A stretch of DNA of 63,321 bases, counting the filler, from Nemertoderma westbladi (taxonomy: Eukaryota; Animalia; Xenacoelomorpha): NCBI GenBank assembly GCA_032718475.1. It is 3 parts of 3 records of this genome, joined end to end, with 100 filler letters (N's around TTAATTAATTAA, not from the genome) between each part and the next. Parts side by side here need not be neighbours in the genome. Positions count along the whole stretch, not along the records: positions 30,013 to 58,407 come from JAUCBJ010003583.1; 2 more parts are not named here. One strand, 5' to 3'. Both the position numbers and the translations under genes were made by a program. Position 1 is the first letter of the stretch. Each line of letters begins with the position of its first letter. The notes beneath the pieces are model-generated. The model was not told the origin of the DNA, searched no databases, and saw only the letters and a list, made by a program, of their open reading frames with translations. Shown here one piece after another: positions 35,870-50,800 of the stretch.

Positions 35870-38800
35870 CGGTTAGTAAACAACCCAACACTTACTAGCT
35901 CTGTTTCTCTGACTGCTATCCTTTTCTTTTAGTCTCACATTATATTGTTTCGGTTAGTAAACAACCCAACACTTACTAGCTCTGTTTCTCTGACTGCTAT
36001 CCTTTTCTTTTAGTCTCACATTATATTGTTTCGGTTAGTAAACAACCCAACACTTACTGGCTCTGTTTCTCGGACTGCTATCCTTTTCTTTTAGTCTCAC
36101 ATTATATTGTTTCGGTTAGTAAACAACCCAACACTTACTGGCTCTGTTTCTCGGACTGCTATCCTTTTCTTTAACTCTCACATTATATTGTTTCGGTTAG
36201 TAAACAACCCAACACTTACTGGCTCTGTTTCTCGGACTGCTATCCTTTTCTTTTAGTCTCACATTATATTGTTTCGGTTAGTAAACAACCCAACACTTAC
36301 TGGCTCTGTTTCTCGGACTGCTATCCTTTTCTTTAACTCTCACATTATATTGTTTCGGTTAGTAAACAACCCAACACTTACTGGCTCTGTTTCTCGGACT
36401 GCTATCCTTTTCTTTAACTCTCACATTATATTGTTTCGGTTAGTAAACAACCCAACACTTACTGGCTCTGTTTCTCGGACTGCTATCCTTTTCTTTAACT
36501 CTCACATTATATTGTTTAGGTTAGTAAACAACCCAACACTTACTGGCTCTGTTTCTCGGACTGCTATCCTTTTCTTTAACTCTCACATTATATTGTTTCG
36601 GTTAGTAAACAACCCAACACTTACTGGCTCTGTTTCTCGGACTGCTATCCTTTTCATTTAGTCTCACATTATATTGTTTCGGTTAGTAAACAACCCAACA
36701 CTTACTGGCTCTGTTTCTCGGACTGCTATCCTTTTCATTTAGTCTCACATTATATTGTTTCGGTTAGTAAACAACCCAACACTTACTGGCTCTGTTTCTC
36801 GGACTGCTATCCTTTTCTTTAACTCTCACATTATATTGTTTCGGTTAGTAAACAACCCAACACTTACTGGCTCTGTTTCTCGGACTGCTATCCTTTTCTT
36901 TAACTCTCACATTATATTGTTTCGGTTAGTAAACAACCCAACACTTACTGGCTCTGTTTCTCGGACTGCTATCCTTTTCTTTAACTCTCACATTATATTG
37001 TTTCGGTTAGTAAACAACCCAACACTTACTGGCTCTGTTTCTCGGACTGCTATCCTTTTCTTTAACTCTCACATTATATTGTTTCGGTTAGTAAACAACC
37101 CAACACTTACTGGCTCTGTTTCTCGGACTGCTATCCTTTTCTTTAACTCTCACATTATATTGTTTCGGTTAGTAAACAACCCAACACTTACTGGCTCTGT
37201 TTCTCGGACTGCTATCCTTTTCTTTAACTCTCACATTATATTGTTTCGGTTAGTAAACAACCCAACACTTACTGGCTCTGTTTCTCGGACTGCTATCCTT
37301 TTCTTTTACTCTCACATTATATTGTTTCGGTTAGTAAACAACCCAACACTTACTGGCTCTGTTTCTCGGACTGCTATCCTTTTCTTTAACTCTCACATTA
37401 TATTGTTTCGGTTAGTAAACAACCCAACACTTACTGGCTCTGTTTCTCGGACTGCTATCCTTTTCTTTTACTCTCACATTATATTGTTTCGGTTAGTAAA
37501 CAACCCAACACTTACTGGCTCTGTTTCTCGGACTGCTATCCTTTTCTTTTAGTCTCACATTATATTGTTTAGGTTAGTAAACAACCCAACACTAACTGGC
37601 TCTGTTTCTCGGACTGCTATCCCTTTCTTTTAGTCTCACATTATATTGTTTCGGTTAGTAAACAACCCAACACTTACTGGCTCTGTTTCTCGGACTGCTA
37701 TCCCTTTCTTTTACTCTCACATTATATTGTTTCGGTTAGTAAACAACCCAACACTTACTGGCTCTGTTTCTCGGACTGCTATCCTTTTCTTTAACTCTCA
37801 CATTATATTGTTTCGGTTAGTAAACAACCCAACACTTACTGGCTCTGTTTCTCGGACTGCTATCCTTTTCATTTAGTCTCACATTATATTGTTTCGGTTA
37901 GTAAACAACCCAACACTTACTGGCTCTGTTTCTCGGACTGCTATCCCTTTCTTTTACTCTCACATTATATTGTTTCGGTTAGTAAACAACCCAACACTTA
38001 CTGGCTCTGTTTCTCGGACTGCTATCCTTTTCTTTTACTCTCACATTATATTGTTTCGGTTAGTAAACAACCCAACACTTACTGGCTCTGTTTCTCGGAC
38101 TGCTATCCTTTTCTTTTAGTCTCACATTATATTGTTTAGGTTAGTAAACAACCCAACACTAACTGGCTCTGTTTCTCGGACTGCTATCCCTTTCTTTTAG
38201 TCTCACATTATATTGTTTCGGTTAGTAAACAACCCAACACTTACTGGCTCTGTTTCTCGGACTGCTATCCTTTTCTTTAACTCTCACATTATATTGTTTC
38301 GGTTAGTAAACAACCCAACACTTACTGGCTCTGTTTCTCGGACTGCTATCCTTTTCTTTTAGTCTCACATTATATTGTTTCGGTTAGTAAACAACCCAAC
38401 ACTTACTGGCTCTGTTTCTCGGACTGCTATCCTTTTCTTTAACTCTCACATTATATTGTTTCGGTTAGTAAACAACCCAACACTTACTGGCTCTGTTTCT
38501 CGGACTGCTATCCTTTTCATTTAGTCTCACATTATATTGTTTCGGTTAGTAAACAACCCAACACTTACTGGCTCTGTTTCTCGGACTGCTATCCTTTTCT
38601 TTTACTCTCACATTATATTGTTTCGGTTAGTAAACAACCCAACACTTACTGGCTCTGTTTCTCGGACTGCTATCCTTTTCTTTTAGTCTCACATTATATT
38701 GTTTCGGTTAGTAAACAACCCAACACTTACTGGCTCTGTTTCTCGGACTGCTATCCCTTTCTTTTAGTCTCACATTATATTGTTTCGGTTAGTAAACAAC

Positions 38801-41800
38801 CCAACACTTACTGGCTCTGTTTCTCGGACTGCTATCCTTTTCTTTAACTCTCACATTATATTGTTTCGGTTAGTAAACAACCCAACACTTACTGGCTCTG
38901 TTTCTCGGACTGCTATCCTTTTCTTTTACTCTCACATTATATTGTTTCGGTTAGTAAACAACCCAACACTTACTGGCTCTGTTTCTCGGACTGCTATCCT
39001 TTTCTTTAACTCTCACATTATATTGTTTCGGTTAGTAAACAACCCAACACTTACTGGCTCTGTTTCTCGGACTGCTATCCTTTTCTTTAACTCTCACATT
39101 ATATTGTTTCGGTTAGTAAACAACCCAACACTTACTGGCTCTGTTTCTCGGACTGCTATCCTTTTCTTTAACTCTCACATTATATTGTTTCGGTTAGTAA
39201 ACAACCCAACACTTACTGGCTCTGTTTCTCGGACTGCTATCCTTTTCTTTAACTCTCACATTATATTGTTTCGGTTAGTAAACAACCCAACACTTACTGG
39301 CTCTGTTTCTCGGACTGCTATCCTTTTCTTTAACTCTCACATTATATTGTTTCGGTTAGTAAACAACCCAACACTTACTGGCTCTGTTTCTCGGACTGCT
39401 ATCCTTTTCTTTAACTCTCACATTATATTGTTTCGGTTAGTAAACAACCCAACACTTACTGGCTCTGTTTCTCGGACTGCTATCCTTTTCTTTAACTCTC
39501 ACATTATATTGTTTCGGTTAGTAAACAACCCAACACTTACTGGCTCTGTTTCTCGGACTGCTATCCTTTTCTTTAACTCTCACATTATATTGTTTCGGTT
39601 AGTAAACAACCCAACACTTACTGGCTCTGTTTCTCGGACTGCTATCCTTTTCTTTAACTCTCACATTATATTGTTTCGGTTAGTAAACAACCCAACACTT
39701 ACTGGCTCTGTTTCTCGGACTGCTATCCTTTTCTTTAACTCTCACATTATATTGTTTCGGTTAGTAAACAACCCAACACTTACTGGCTCTGTTTCTCGGA
39801 CTGCTATCCTTTTCTTTAACTCTCACATTATATTGTTTCGGTTAGTAAACAACCCAACACTTACTGGCTCTGTTTCTCGGACTGCTATCCTTTTCTTTAA
39901 CTCTCACATTATATTGTTTCGGTTAGTAAACAACCCAACACTTACTGGCTCTGTTTCTCGGACTGCTATCCTTTTCTTTAACTCTCACATTATATTGTTT
40001 CGGTTAGTAAACAACCCAACACTTACTGGCTCTGTTTCTCGGACTGCTATCCTTTTCTTTTAGTCTCACATTATATTGTTTCGGTTAGTAAACAACCCAA
40101 CACTTACTGGCTCTGTTTCTCGGACTGCTATCCTTTTCTTTAACTCTCACATTATATTGTTTCGGTTAGTAAACAACCCAACACTTACTGGCTCTGTTTC
40201 TCGGACTGCTATCCTTTTCTTTAACTCTCACATTATATTGTTTCGGTTAGTAAACAACCCAACACTTACTGGCTCTGTTTCTCGGACTGCTATCCTTTTC
40301 TTTAACTCTCACATTATATTGTTTCGGTTAGTAAACAACCCAACACTTACTGGCTCTGTTTCTCGGACTGCTATCCTTTTCTTTTAGTTTCACATTATAT
40401 TGTTTCGGTTAGTAAACAACCCAACACTTACTGGCTCTGTTTCTCGGACTGCTATCCTTTTCTTTTAGTTTCACATTATATTGTTTCGGTTAGTAAACAA
40501 CCCAACACTTACTGGCTCTGTTTCTCGGACTGCTATCCTTTTCTTTAACTCTCACATTATATCGTTTCGGTTAGTAAACAACCCAACACTTACTGGCTCT
40601 GTTTCTCGGACTGCTATCCTTTTCTTTAACTCTCACATTATATTGTTTCGGTTAGTAAACAACCCAACACTTACTGACTCTGTTTCTCGGACTGCTATCC
40701 TTTTCTTTTAGTTTCACATTATATTGTTTCGGTTAGTAAACAACCCAACACTTACTGGCTCTGTTTCTCGGACTGCTATCCTTTTCTTTTAGTTTCACAT
40801 TATATTGTTTCGGTTAGTAAACAACCCAACACTTACTGGCTCTGTTTCTCGGACTGCTATCCTTTTCTTTAACTCTCACATTATATCGTTTCGGTTAGTA
40901 AACAACCCAACACTTACTGGCTCTGTTTCTCGGACTGCTATCCTTTTCTTTAACTCTCACATTATATTGTTTCGGTTAGTAAACAACCCAACACTTACTG
41001 ACTCTGTTTCTCGGACTGCTATCCTTTTCTTTTAGTTTCACATTATATTGTTTCGGTTAGTAAACAACCCAACACTTACTGGCTCTGTTTCTCGGACTGC
41101 TATCCTTTTCTTTAACTCTCACATTATATTGTTTCGGTTAGTAAACAACCCAACACTTACTGACTCTGTTTCTCGGACTGCTATCCTTTTCTTTTAGTTT
41201 CACATTATATTGTTTCGGTTAGTAAACAACCCAACACTTACTGGCTCTGTTTCTCGGACTGCTATCCTTTTCTTTTAGTTTCACATTATATTGTTTCGGT
41301 TAGTAAACAACCCAACACTTACTGGCTCTGTTTCTCGGACTGCTATCCTTTTCTTTAACTCTCACATTATATCGTTTCGGTTAGTAAACAACCCAACACT
41401 TACTGGCTCTGTTTCTCGGACTGCTATCCTTTTCTTTAACTCTCACATTATATTGTTTCGGTTAGTAAACAACCCAACACTTACTGACTCTGTTTCTCGG
41501 ACTGCTATCCTTTTCTTTTAGTTTCACATTATATTGTTTCGGTTAGTAAACAACCCAACACTTACTGGCTCTGTTTCTCGGACTGCTATCCTTTTCTTTA
41601 ACTCTCACATTATATTGTTTCGGTTAGTAAACAACCCAACACTTACTGGCTCTGTTTCTCGGACTGCTATCCTTTTCTTTAACTCTCACATTATATCGTT
41701 TCGGTTAGTAAACAACCCAACACTTACTGGCTCTGTTGATCGGACTGCTATCCTTTTCTTTAACTCTCACATTATATTGTTTCGGTTAGTAAACAACCCA

Positions 41801-44800
41801 ACACTTACTGGCTCTGTTTCTCGGACTGCTATCCTTTTCTTTAACTCTCACATTATATTGTTTCGGTTAGTAAACAACCCAACACTTACTGGCTCTGTTT
41901 CTCGGACTGCTATCCTTTTCTTTAACTCTCACATTATATCGTTTCGGTTAGTAAACAACCCAACACTTACTGGCTCTGTTGATCGGACTGCTATCCTTTT
42001 CTTTAACTCTCACATTATATTGTTTCGGTTAGTAAACAACCCAACACTTACTGGCTCTGTTTCTCGGACTGCTATCCTTTTCTTTAACTCTCACATTATA
42101 TCGTTTCGGTTAGTAAACAACCCAACACTTACTGGCTCTGTTGATCGGACTGCTATCCTTTTCTTTAACTCTCACATTATATTGTTTCGGTTAGTAAACA
42201 ACCCAACACTTACTGGCTCTGTTTCTCGGACTGCTATCCTTTTCTTTAACTCTCACATTATATTGTTTCGGTTAGTAAACAACCCAACACTTACTGACTC
42301 TGTTTCTCGGACTGCTATCCTTTTCTTTTAGTTTCACATTATATTGTTTCGGTTAGTAAACAACCCAACACTTACTGGCTCTGTTTCTCGGACTGCTATC
42401 CTTTTCTTTAACTCTCACATTATATTGTTTCGGTTAGTAAACAACCCAACACTTACTGGCTCTGTTTCTCGGACTGCTATCCTTTTCTTTTAGTCTCACA
42501 TTATATTGTTTCGGTTAGTAAACAACCCAACACTTACTGGCTCTGTTTCTCGGACTGCTATCCTTTTCTTTTAGTTTCACATTATATTGTTTCGGTTAGT
42601 AAACAACCCAACACTTACTGGCTCTGTTTCTCGGACTGCTATCCTTTTCTTTAACTCTCACATTATATTGTTTCGGTTAGTAAACAACCCAACACTTACT
42701 GGCTCTGTTTCTCGGACTGCTATCCTTTTCTTTAACTCTCACATTATATTGTTTCGGTTAGTAAACAACCCAACACTTACTGACTCTGTTTCTCGGACTG
42801 CTATCCTTTTCTTTTAGTTTCACATTATATTGTTTCGGTTAGTAAACAACCCAACACTTACTGGCTCTGTTTCTCGGACTGCTATCCTTTTCTTTTAGTT
42901 TCACATTATATTGTTTCGGTTAGTAAACAACCCAACACTTACTGGCTCTGTTTCTCGGACTGCTATCCTTTTCTTTAACTCTCACATTATATTGTTTCGG
43001 TTAGTAAACAACCCAACACTTACTGACTCTGTTTCTCGGACTGCTATCCTTTTCTTTTAGTTTCACATTATATTGTTTCGGTTAGTAAACAACCCAACAC
43101 TTACTGGCTCTGTTTCTCGGACTGCTATCCTTTTCTTTAACTCTCACATTATATTGTTTCGGTTAGTAAACAACCCAACACTTACTGGCTCTGTTTCTCG
43201 GACTGCTATCCTTTTCTTTAACTCTCACATTATATTGTTTCGGTTAGTAAACAACCCAACACTTACTGGCTCTGTTTCTCGGACTGCTATCCTTTTCTTT
43301 TAGTTTCACATTATATTGTTTCGGTTAGTAAACAACCCAACACTTACTGGCTCTGTTTCTCGGACTGCTATCCTTTTCTTTAACTCTCACATTATATTGT
43401 TTCGGTTAGTAAACAACCCAACACTTACTGACTCTGTTTCTCGGACTGCTATCCTTTTCTTTTAGTTTCACATTATATTGTTTCGGTTAGTAAACAACCC
43501 AACACTTACTGGCTCTGTTTCTCGGACTGCTATCCTTTTCTTTAACTCTCACATTATATTGTTTCGGTTAGTAAACAACCCAACACTTACTGGCTCTGTT
43601 TCTCGGACTGCTATCCTTTTCTTTAACTCTCACATTATATTGTTTCGGTTAGTAAACAACCCAACACTTACTGGCTCTGTTTCTCGGACTGCTATCCTTT
43701 TCTTATAGTCTCACATTATAATATTGTTTCGGTTAGTAAACAACCCAACACTTACTGGCTCTGTTTCTCGGACTGCTATCCTTTTCTTTAACTCTCACAT
43801 TATATTGTTTCGGTTAGTAAACAACCCAACACTTACTGGCTCTGTTTCTCGGACTGCTATACTTTTCTTATAGTCTCACATTATAATATTGTTTCGGTTA
43901 GTAAACAACCCAACACTTACTGGCTCTGTTTCTCGGACTGCTATCCTTTTCTTTAACTCTCACATTATATCGTTTCGGTTAGTAAACAACCCAACACTTA
44001 CTGGCTCTGTTTCTCGGACTGCTATCTTTTTCTTATAGTCTCACATTATATTGTTACGGTTAGTAAACAACCCAACACTTACTGGCTCTGTTTCTCGGAC
44101 TGCTATCCTTTTCTTTAACTCTCACATTATATTGTTTCGGTTAGTAAACAACCCAACACTTACTGACTCTGTTTCTCGGACTGCTATCCTTTTCTTTAAC
44201 TCTCACATTATATTGTTACGGTTAGTAAACAACCCAACACTTACTGGCTCTGTTTCTCGGACTGCTATCCTTTTCTTTAACTCTCACATTATATTGTTTC
44301 GGTTAGTAAACAACCCAACACTTACTGGCTCTGTTCCTCGGACTGCTACCCTTTTCTTTAACTCTCACATTATATTGTTTCGGTTAGTAAACAACCCAAC
44401 ACTTACTGGCTCTGTTTCTCGGACTGCTACCCTTTTCTTTAACTCTCACATTATATTGTTTCGGTTAGTAAACAAACCAACACTTACTGGCTCTGTTTCT
44501 CGGACTGCTATCCTTTTCTTTTAGTCTCACATTATATTGTTACGGTTAGTAAACAACCCAACACTTACTGGCTCTGTTCCTCGGACTGCTATCCTTTTCT
44601 TTAACTCTCACATTATATTGTTTCGGTTAGTAAACAACCCAACACTTACTGGCTCTGTTCCTCGGACTGCTATCCTTTTCTTTAACTCTCACATTATATT
44701 GTTTCGGTTAGTAAACAACCCAACACTTACTGGCTCTGTTCCTCGGACTGCTACCCTTTTCTTTAACTCTCACATTATATTGTTTCGGTTAGTAAACAAC

Positions 44801-47800
44801 CCAACACTTACTGGCTCTGTTTCTCGGACTGCTACCCTTTTCTTTAACTCTCACATTATATTGTTTCGGTTAGTAAACAACCCAACACTTACTGGATCTG
44901 TTCCTCGGACTGCTACCCTTTTCTTTAACTCTCACATTATATTGTTTCGGTTAGTAAACAACCCAACACTTACTGGCTCTGTTTCTCGGACTGCTACCCT
45001 TTTCTTTAACTCTCACATTATATTGTTTCGGTTAGTAAACAACCCAACACTTACTGGCTCTGTTCCTCGGACTGCTATCCTTTTCTTTAACTCTCACATT
45101 ATATTGTTTCGGTTAGTAAACAACCCAACACTTACTGGCTCTGTTTCTCGGACTGCTACCCTTTTCTTTAACTCTCACATTATATTGTTTCGGTTAGTAA
45201 ACAACCCAACACTTACTGGCTCTGTTTCTCGGACTGCTACCCTTTTCTTTAACTCTCACATTATATTGTTTCGGTTAGTAAACAACCCAACACTTACTGG
45301 CTCTGTTTCTCGGACTGCTACCCTTTTCTTTAACTCTCACATTATATTGTTTCGGTTAGTAAACAACCCAACACTTACTGGCTCTGTTTCTCGGACTGCT
45401 ATCCTTTTCTTTAACTCTCACATTATATTGTTTCGGTTAGTAAACAACCCAACACTTACTGGCTCTGTTCCTCGGACTGCTATCCTTTTCTTTAACTCTC
45501 ACATTATATTGTTTCGGTTAGTAAACAACCCAACACTTACTGGCTCTGTTCCTCGGACTGCTACCCTTTTCTTTAACTCTCACATTATATTGTTTCGGTT
45601 AGTAAACAACCCAACACTTACTGGCTCTGTTTCTCGGACTGCTATCCTTTTCTTTAACTCTCACATTATATTGTTTCGGTTAGTAAACAACCCAACACTT
45701 ACTGGCTCTGTTTCTCGGACTGCTATCCTTTTCTTTAACTCTCACATTATATTGTTTCGGTTAGTAAACAACCCAACACTTACTGGCTCTGTTTCTCGGA
45801 CTGCTACCCTTTTCTTTAACTCTCACATTATATTGTTTCGGTTAGTAAACAACCCAACACTTACTGGCTCTGTTTCTCGGACTGCTATCCTTTTCTTTAA
45901 CTCTCACATTATATTGTTTCGGTTAGTAAACAACCCAACACTTACTGGCTCTGTTTCTCGGACTGCTACCCTTTTCTTTAACTCTCACATTATATTGTTT
46001 CGGTTAGTAAACAACCCAACACTTACTGGCTCTGTTTCTCGGACTGCTATCCTTTTCTTTAACTCTCACATTATATTGTTTCGGTTAGTAAACAACCCAA
46101 CACTTACTGGCTCTGTTTCTCGGACTGCTATCCTTTTCTTTAACTCTCACATTATATTGTTTCGGTTAGTAAACAACCCAACACTTACTGGCTCTGTTTC
46201 TCGGACTGCTATCCTTTTCTTTAACTCTCACATTATATTGTTTCGGTTAGTAAACAACCCAACACTTACTGGCTCTGTTTCTCGGACTGCTATCCTTTTC
46301 TTTAACTCTCACATTATATTGTTTCGGTTAGTAAACAACCCAACACTTACTGGCTCTGTTTCTCGGACTGCTATCCTTTTCTTTAACTCTCACATTATAT
46401 TGTTTCGGTTAGTAAACAACCCAACACTTACTGGCTCTGTTTCTCGGACTGCTATCCTTTTCTTTAACTCTCACATTATATTGTTTCGGTTAGTAAACAA
46501 CCCAACACTTACTGGCTCTGTTTCTCGGACTGCTATCCTTTTCTTTAACTCTCACATTATATTGTTTCGGTTAGTAAACAACCCAACACTTACTGGCTCT
46601 GTTTCTCGGACTGCTATCCTTTTCTTTAACTCTCACATTATATTGTTTCGGTTAGTAAACAACCCAACACTTACTGGCTCTGTTTCTCGGACTGCTATCC
46701 TTTTCTTTAACTCTCACATTATATTGTTTCGGTTAGTAAACAACCCAACACTTACTGGCTCTGTTTCTCGGACTGCTATCCTTTTCTTTAACTCTCACAT
46801 TATATTGTTTCGGTTAGTAAACAACCCAACACTTACTGGCTCTGTTTCTCGGACTGCTATCCTTTTCTTTAACTCTCACATTATATTGTTTCGGTTAGTA
46901 AACAACCCAACACTTACTGGCTCTGTTTCTCGGACTGCTATCCTTTTCTTTAACTCTCACATTATATTGTTTCGGTTAGTAAACAACCCAACACTTACTG
47001 GCTCTGTTTCTCGGACTGCTATCCTTTTCTTTAACTCTCACATTATATTGTTTCGGTTAGTAAACAACCCAACACTTACTGGCTCTGTTTCTCGGACTGC
47101 TATCCTTTTCTTTAACTCTCACATTATATTGTTTCGGTTAGTAAACAACCCAACACTTACTGGCTCTGTTTCTCGGACTGCTATCCTTTTCTTTAACTCT
47201 CACATTATATTGTTTCGGTTAGTAAACAACCCAACACTTACTGGCTCTGTTTCTCGGACTGCTACCCTTTTCTTTAACTCTCACATTATATTGTTTCGGT
47301 TAGTAAACAACCCAACACTTACTGGCTCTGTTTCTCGGACTGCTACCCTTTTCTTTAACTCTCACATTATATTGTTTCGGTTAGTAAACAACCCAACACT
47401 TACTGGCTCTGTTTCTCGGACTGCTATCCTTTTCTTTAACTCTCACATTATATTGTTTCGGTTAGTAAACAACCCAACACTTACTGGCTCTGTTTCTCGG
47501 ACTGCTACCCTTTTCTTTAACTCTCACATTATATTGTTTCGGTTAGTAAACAACCCAACACTTACTGGCTCTGTTTCTCGGACTGCTATCCTTTTCTTTA
47601 ACTCTCACATTATATTGTTTCGGTTAGTAAACAACCCAACACTTACTGGCTCTGTTTCTCGGACTGCTACCCTTTTCTTTAACTCTCACATTATATTGTT
47701 TCGGTTAGTAAACAACCCAACACTTACTGGCTCTGTTTCTCGGACTGCTACCCTTTTCTTTAACTCTCACATTATATTGTTTCGGTTAGTAAACAACCCA

Positions 47801-50800
47801 ACACTTACTGGCTCTGTTTCTCGGACTGCTATCCTTTTCTTTAACTCTCACATTATATTGTTTCGGTTAGTAAACAACCCAACACTTACTGGCTCTGTTT
47901 CTCGGACTGCTACCCTTTTCTTTAACTCTCACATTATATTGTTTCGGTTAGTAAACAACCCAACACTTACTGGCTCTGTTTCTCGGACTGCTACCCTTTT
48001 CTTTAACTCTCACATTATATTGTTTCGGTTAGTAAACAACCCAACACTTACTGGCTCTGTTTCTCGGACTGCTACCCTTTTCTTTAACTCTCACATTATA
48101 TTGTTTCGGTTAGTAAACAACCCAACACTTACTGGCTCTGTTTCTCGGACTGCTATCCTTTTCTTTTAGTCTCACATTATATTGTTTCGGTTAGTAAACA
48201 ACCCAACACTTACTGGCTCTGTTTCTCGGACTGCTATCCTTTTCTTATAGTCTCACATTAATATTGTTTCGGTTAGTAAACAACCCAACACTTACTGGCT
48301 CTGTTCCTCGGACTGCTATCCTTTTCTTTAACTCTCACATTATATTGTTTCGGTTAGTAAACAACCCAACACTTACTGGCTCTGTTCCTCGGACTGCTAT
48401 CCTTTTCTTTAACTCTCACATTATATTGTTTCGGTTAGTAAACAACCCAACACTTACTGGCTCTGTTCCTCGGACTGCTATCCTTTTCTTTAACTCTCAC
48501 ATTATATTGTTTCGGTTAGTAAACAACCCAACACTTACTGGCTCTGTTTCTCGGACTGCTATCCTTTTCTTTAACTCTCACATTATATTGTTTCGGTTAG
48601 TAAACAACCCAACACTTACTGGCTCTGTTTCTCGGACTGCTATCCTTTTCTTTAACTCTCACATTATATTGTTTCGGTTAGTAAACAACCCAACACTTAC
48701 TGGCTCTGTTTCTCGGACTGCTATCCTTTTCTTTAACTCTCACATTATATTGTTTCGGTTAGTAAACAACCCAACACTTACTGGCTCTGTTTCTCGGACT
48801 GCTATCCTTTTCTTATAGTCTCACATTATAATATTGTTTCGGTTAGTAAACAACCCAACACTTACTGGCTCTGTTTCTCGGACTGCTATCCTTTTCTTTA
48901 ACTCTCACATTATATTGTTTCGGTTAGTCAACAACCCAACACTTACTGGCTCTGTTTCTCGGACTGCTATCCTTTTCTTATAGTCTCACATTATATTGTT
49001 TCGGTTAGTAAACAACCCAACACTTACTGGCTCTGTTTCTCGGACTGCTATACTTTTCTTATAGTCTCACATTATAATATTGTTTCGGTTAGTAAACAAC
49101 CCAACACTTACTGGCTCTGTTTCTCGGACTGCTATCCTTTTCTTTAACTCTCACATTATATTGTTTCGGTTAGTAAACAACCCAACACTTACTGACTCTG
49201 TTTCTCGGACTGCTATCCTTTTCTTTAACTCTCACATTATATTGTTTCGGTTAGTAAACAACCCAACACTTACTAGCTCTGTTTCTCGGACTGCTATCCT
49301 TTTCTTTAACTCTCACATTATATTGTTTCGGTTAGTAAACAACCCAACCCTTACTGACTCTGTTTCTCGGACTGCTATCCTTTTCTTTAACTGTCACATT
49401 ATATTGTTTCGGTTAGTAAACAACCCAACACTTACTGGCTCTGTTCCTCGGACTGCTATCCTTTTCTTTAACTCTCACATTATATTGTTTCGGTTAGTAA
49501 ACAACCCAACACTTACTGGCTCTGTTCCTCGGACTGCTATCCTTTTCTTTAACTCTCACATTATATTGTTTCGGTTAGTAAACAACCCAACACTTACTAG
49601 CTCTGTTTCTCGGACTGCTATCCTTTTCTTTAACTCTCACATTATATTGTTTCGGTTAGTAAACAACCCAACACTTACTGACTCTGTTTCTCGGACTGCT
49701 ATCCTTTTCTTTAACTCTCACATTATATTGTTTCGGTTAGTAAACAACCCAACACTTACTAGCTCTGTTTCTCGGACTGCTATCCTTTTCTTTAACTCTC
49801 ACATTATATTGTTTCGGTTAGTAAACAACCCAACACTTACTGACTCTGTTTCTCGGACTGCTATCCTTTTCTTTAACTCTCACATTATATTGTTTCGGTT
49901 AGTAAACAACCCAACACTTACTGACTCTGTTTCTCGGACTGCTATCCTTTTCTTTAAGGCTCACATTATATTGTTTCGGTTAGTAAACAACCCCAACACT
50001 TACTGGCTCTGTTTCTCGGACTGCTATCCTTTTCTTTTAGTCTCACATTATATTGTTTCGGTTAGTAAACAACCCAACACTTACTGGCTCTGTTTCTCGG
50101 ACTGCTATCCTTTTCTTTAACTCTCACATTATATTGTTTCGGTTAGTAAACAACCCAACACTTACTGGCTCTGTTTCTCGGACTGCTATCCTTTTCTTTA
50201 ACTCTCACATTATATCGTTTCGGTTAGTAAACAACCCAACACTTACTGACTCTGTTTCTCGGACTGCTACCCTTTTCTTTAACTCTCACATTATATCGTT
50301 TCGGTTAGTAAACAACCCAACACTTACTGACTCTGTTTCTCGGACTGCTATCCTTTTCTTTTAGTCTCACATTATATTGTTTCGGTTAGTAAACAACCCA
50401 ACACTTACTGGCTCTGTTTCTCGGACTGCTACCCTTTTCTTTAACTCTCACATTATATCGTTTCGGTTAGTAAACAACCCAACACTTACTGACTCTGTTT
50501 CTCGGACTGCTATCCTTTTCTTTAACTCTCACATTATATTGTTTCGGTTAGTAAACAACCCAACCCTTACTGGCTCTGTTTCTCGGACTGCTATCCTTTT
50601 CTTTTAGTCTCACATTATATTGTTTCGGTTAGTAAACAACCCAACACTTACTGGCTCTGTTTCTCGGACTGCTACCCTTTTCTTTAACTCTCACATTATA
50701 TCGTTTCGGTTAGTAAACAACCCAACACTTACTGACTCTGTTTCTCGGACTGCTATCCTTTTCTTTAACTCTCACATTATATCGTTTCGGTTAGTAAACA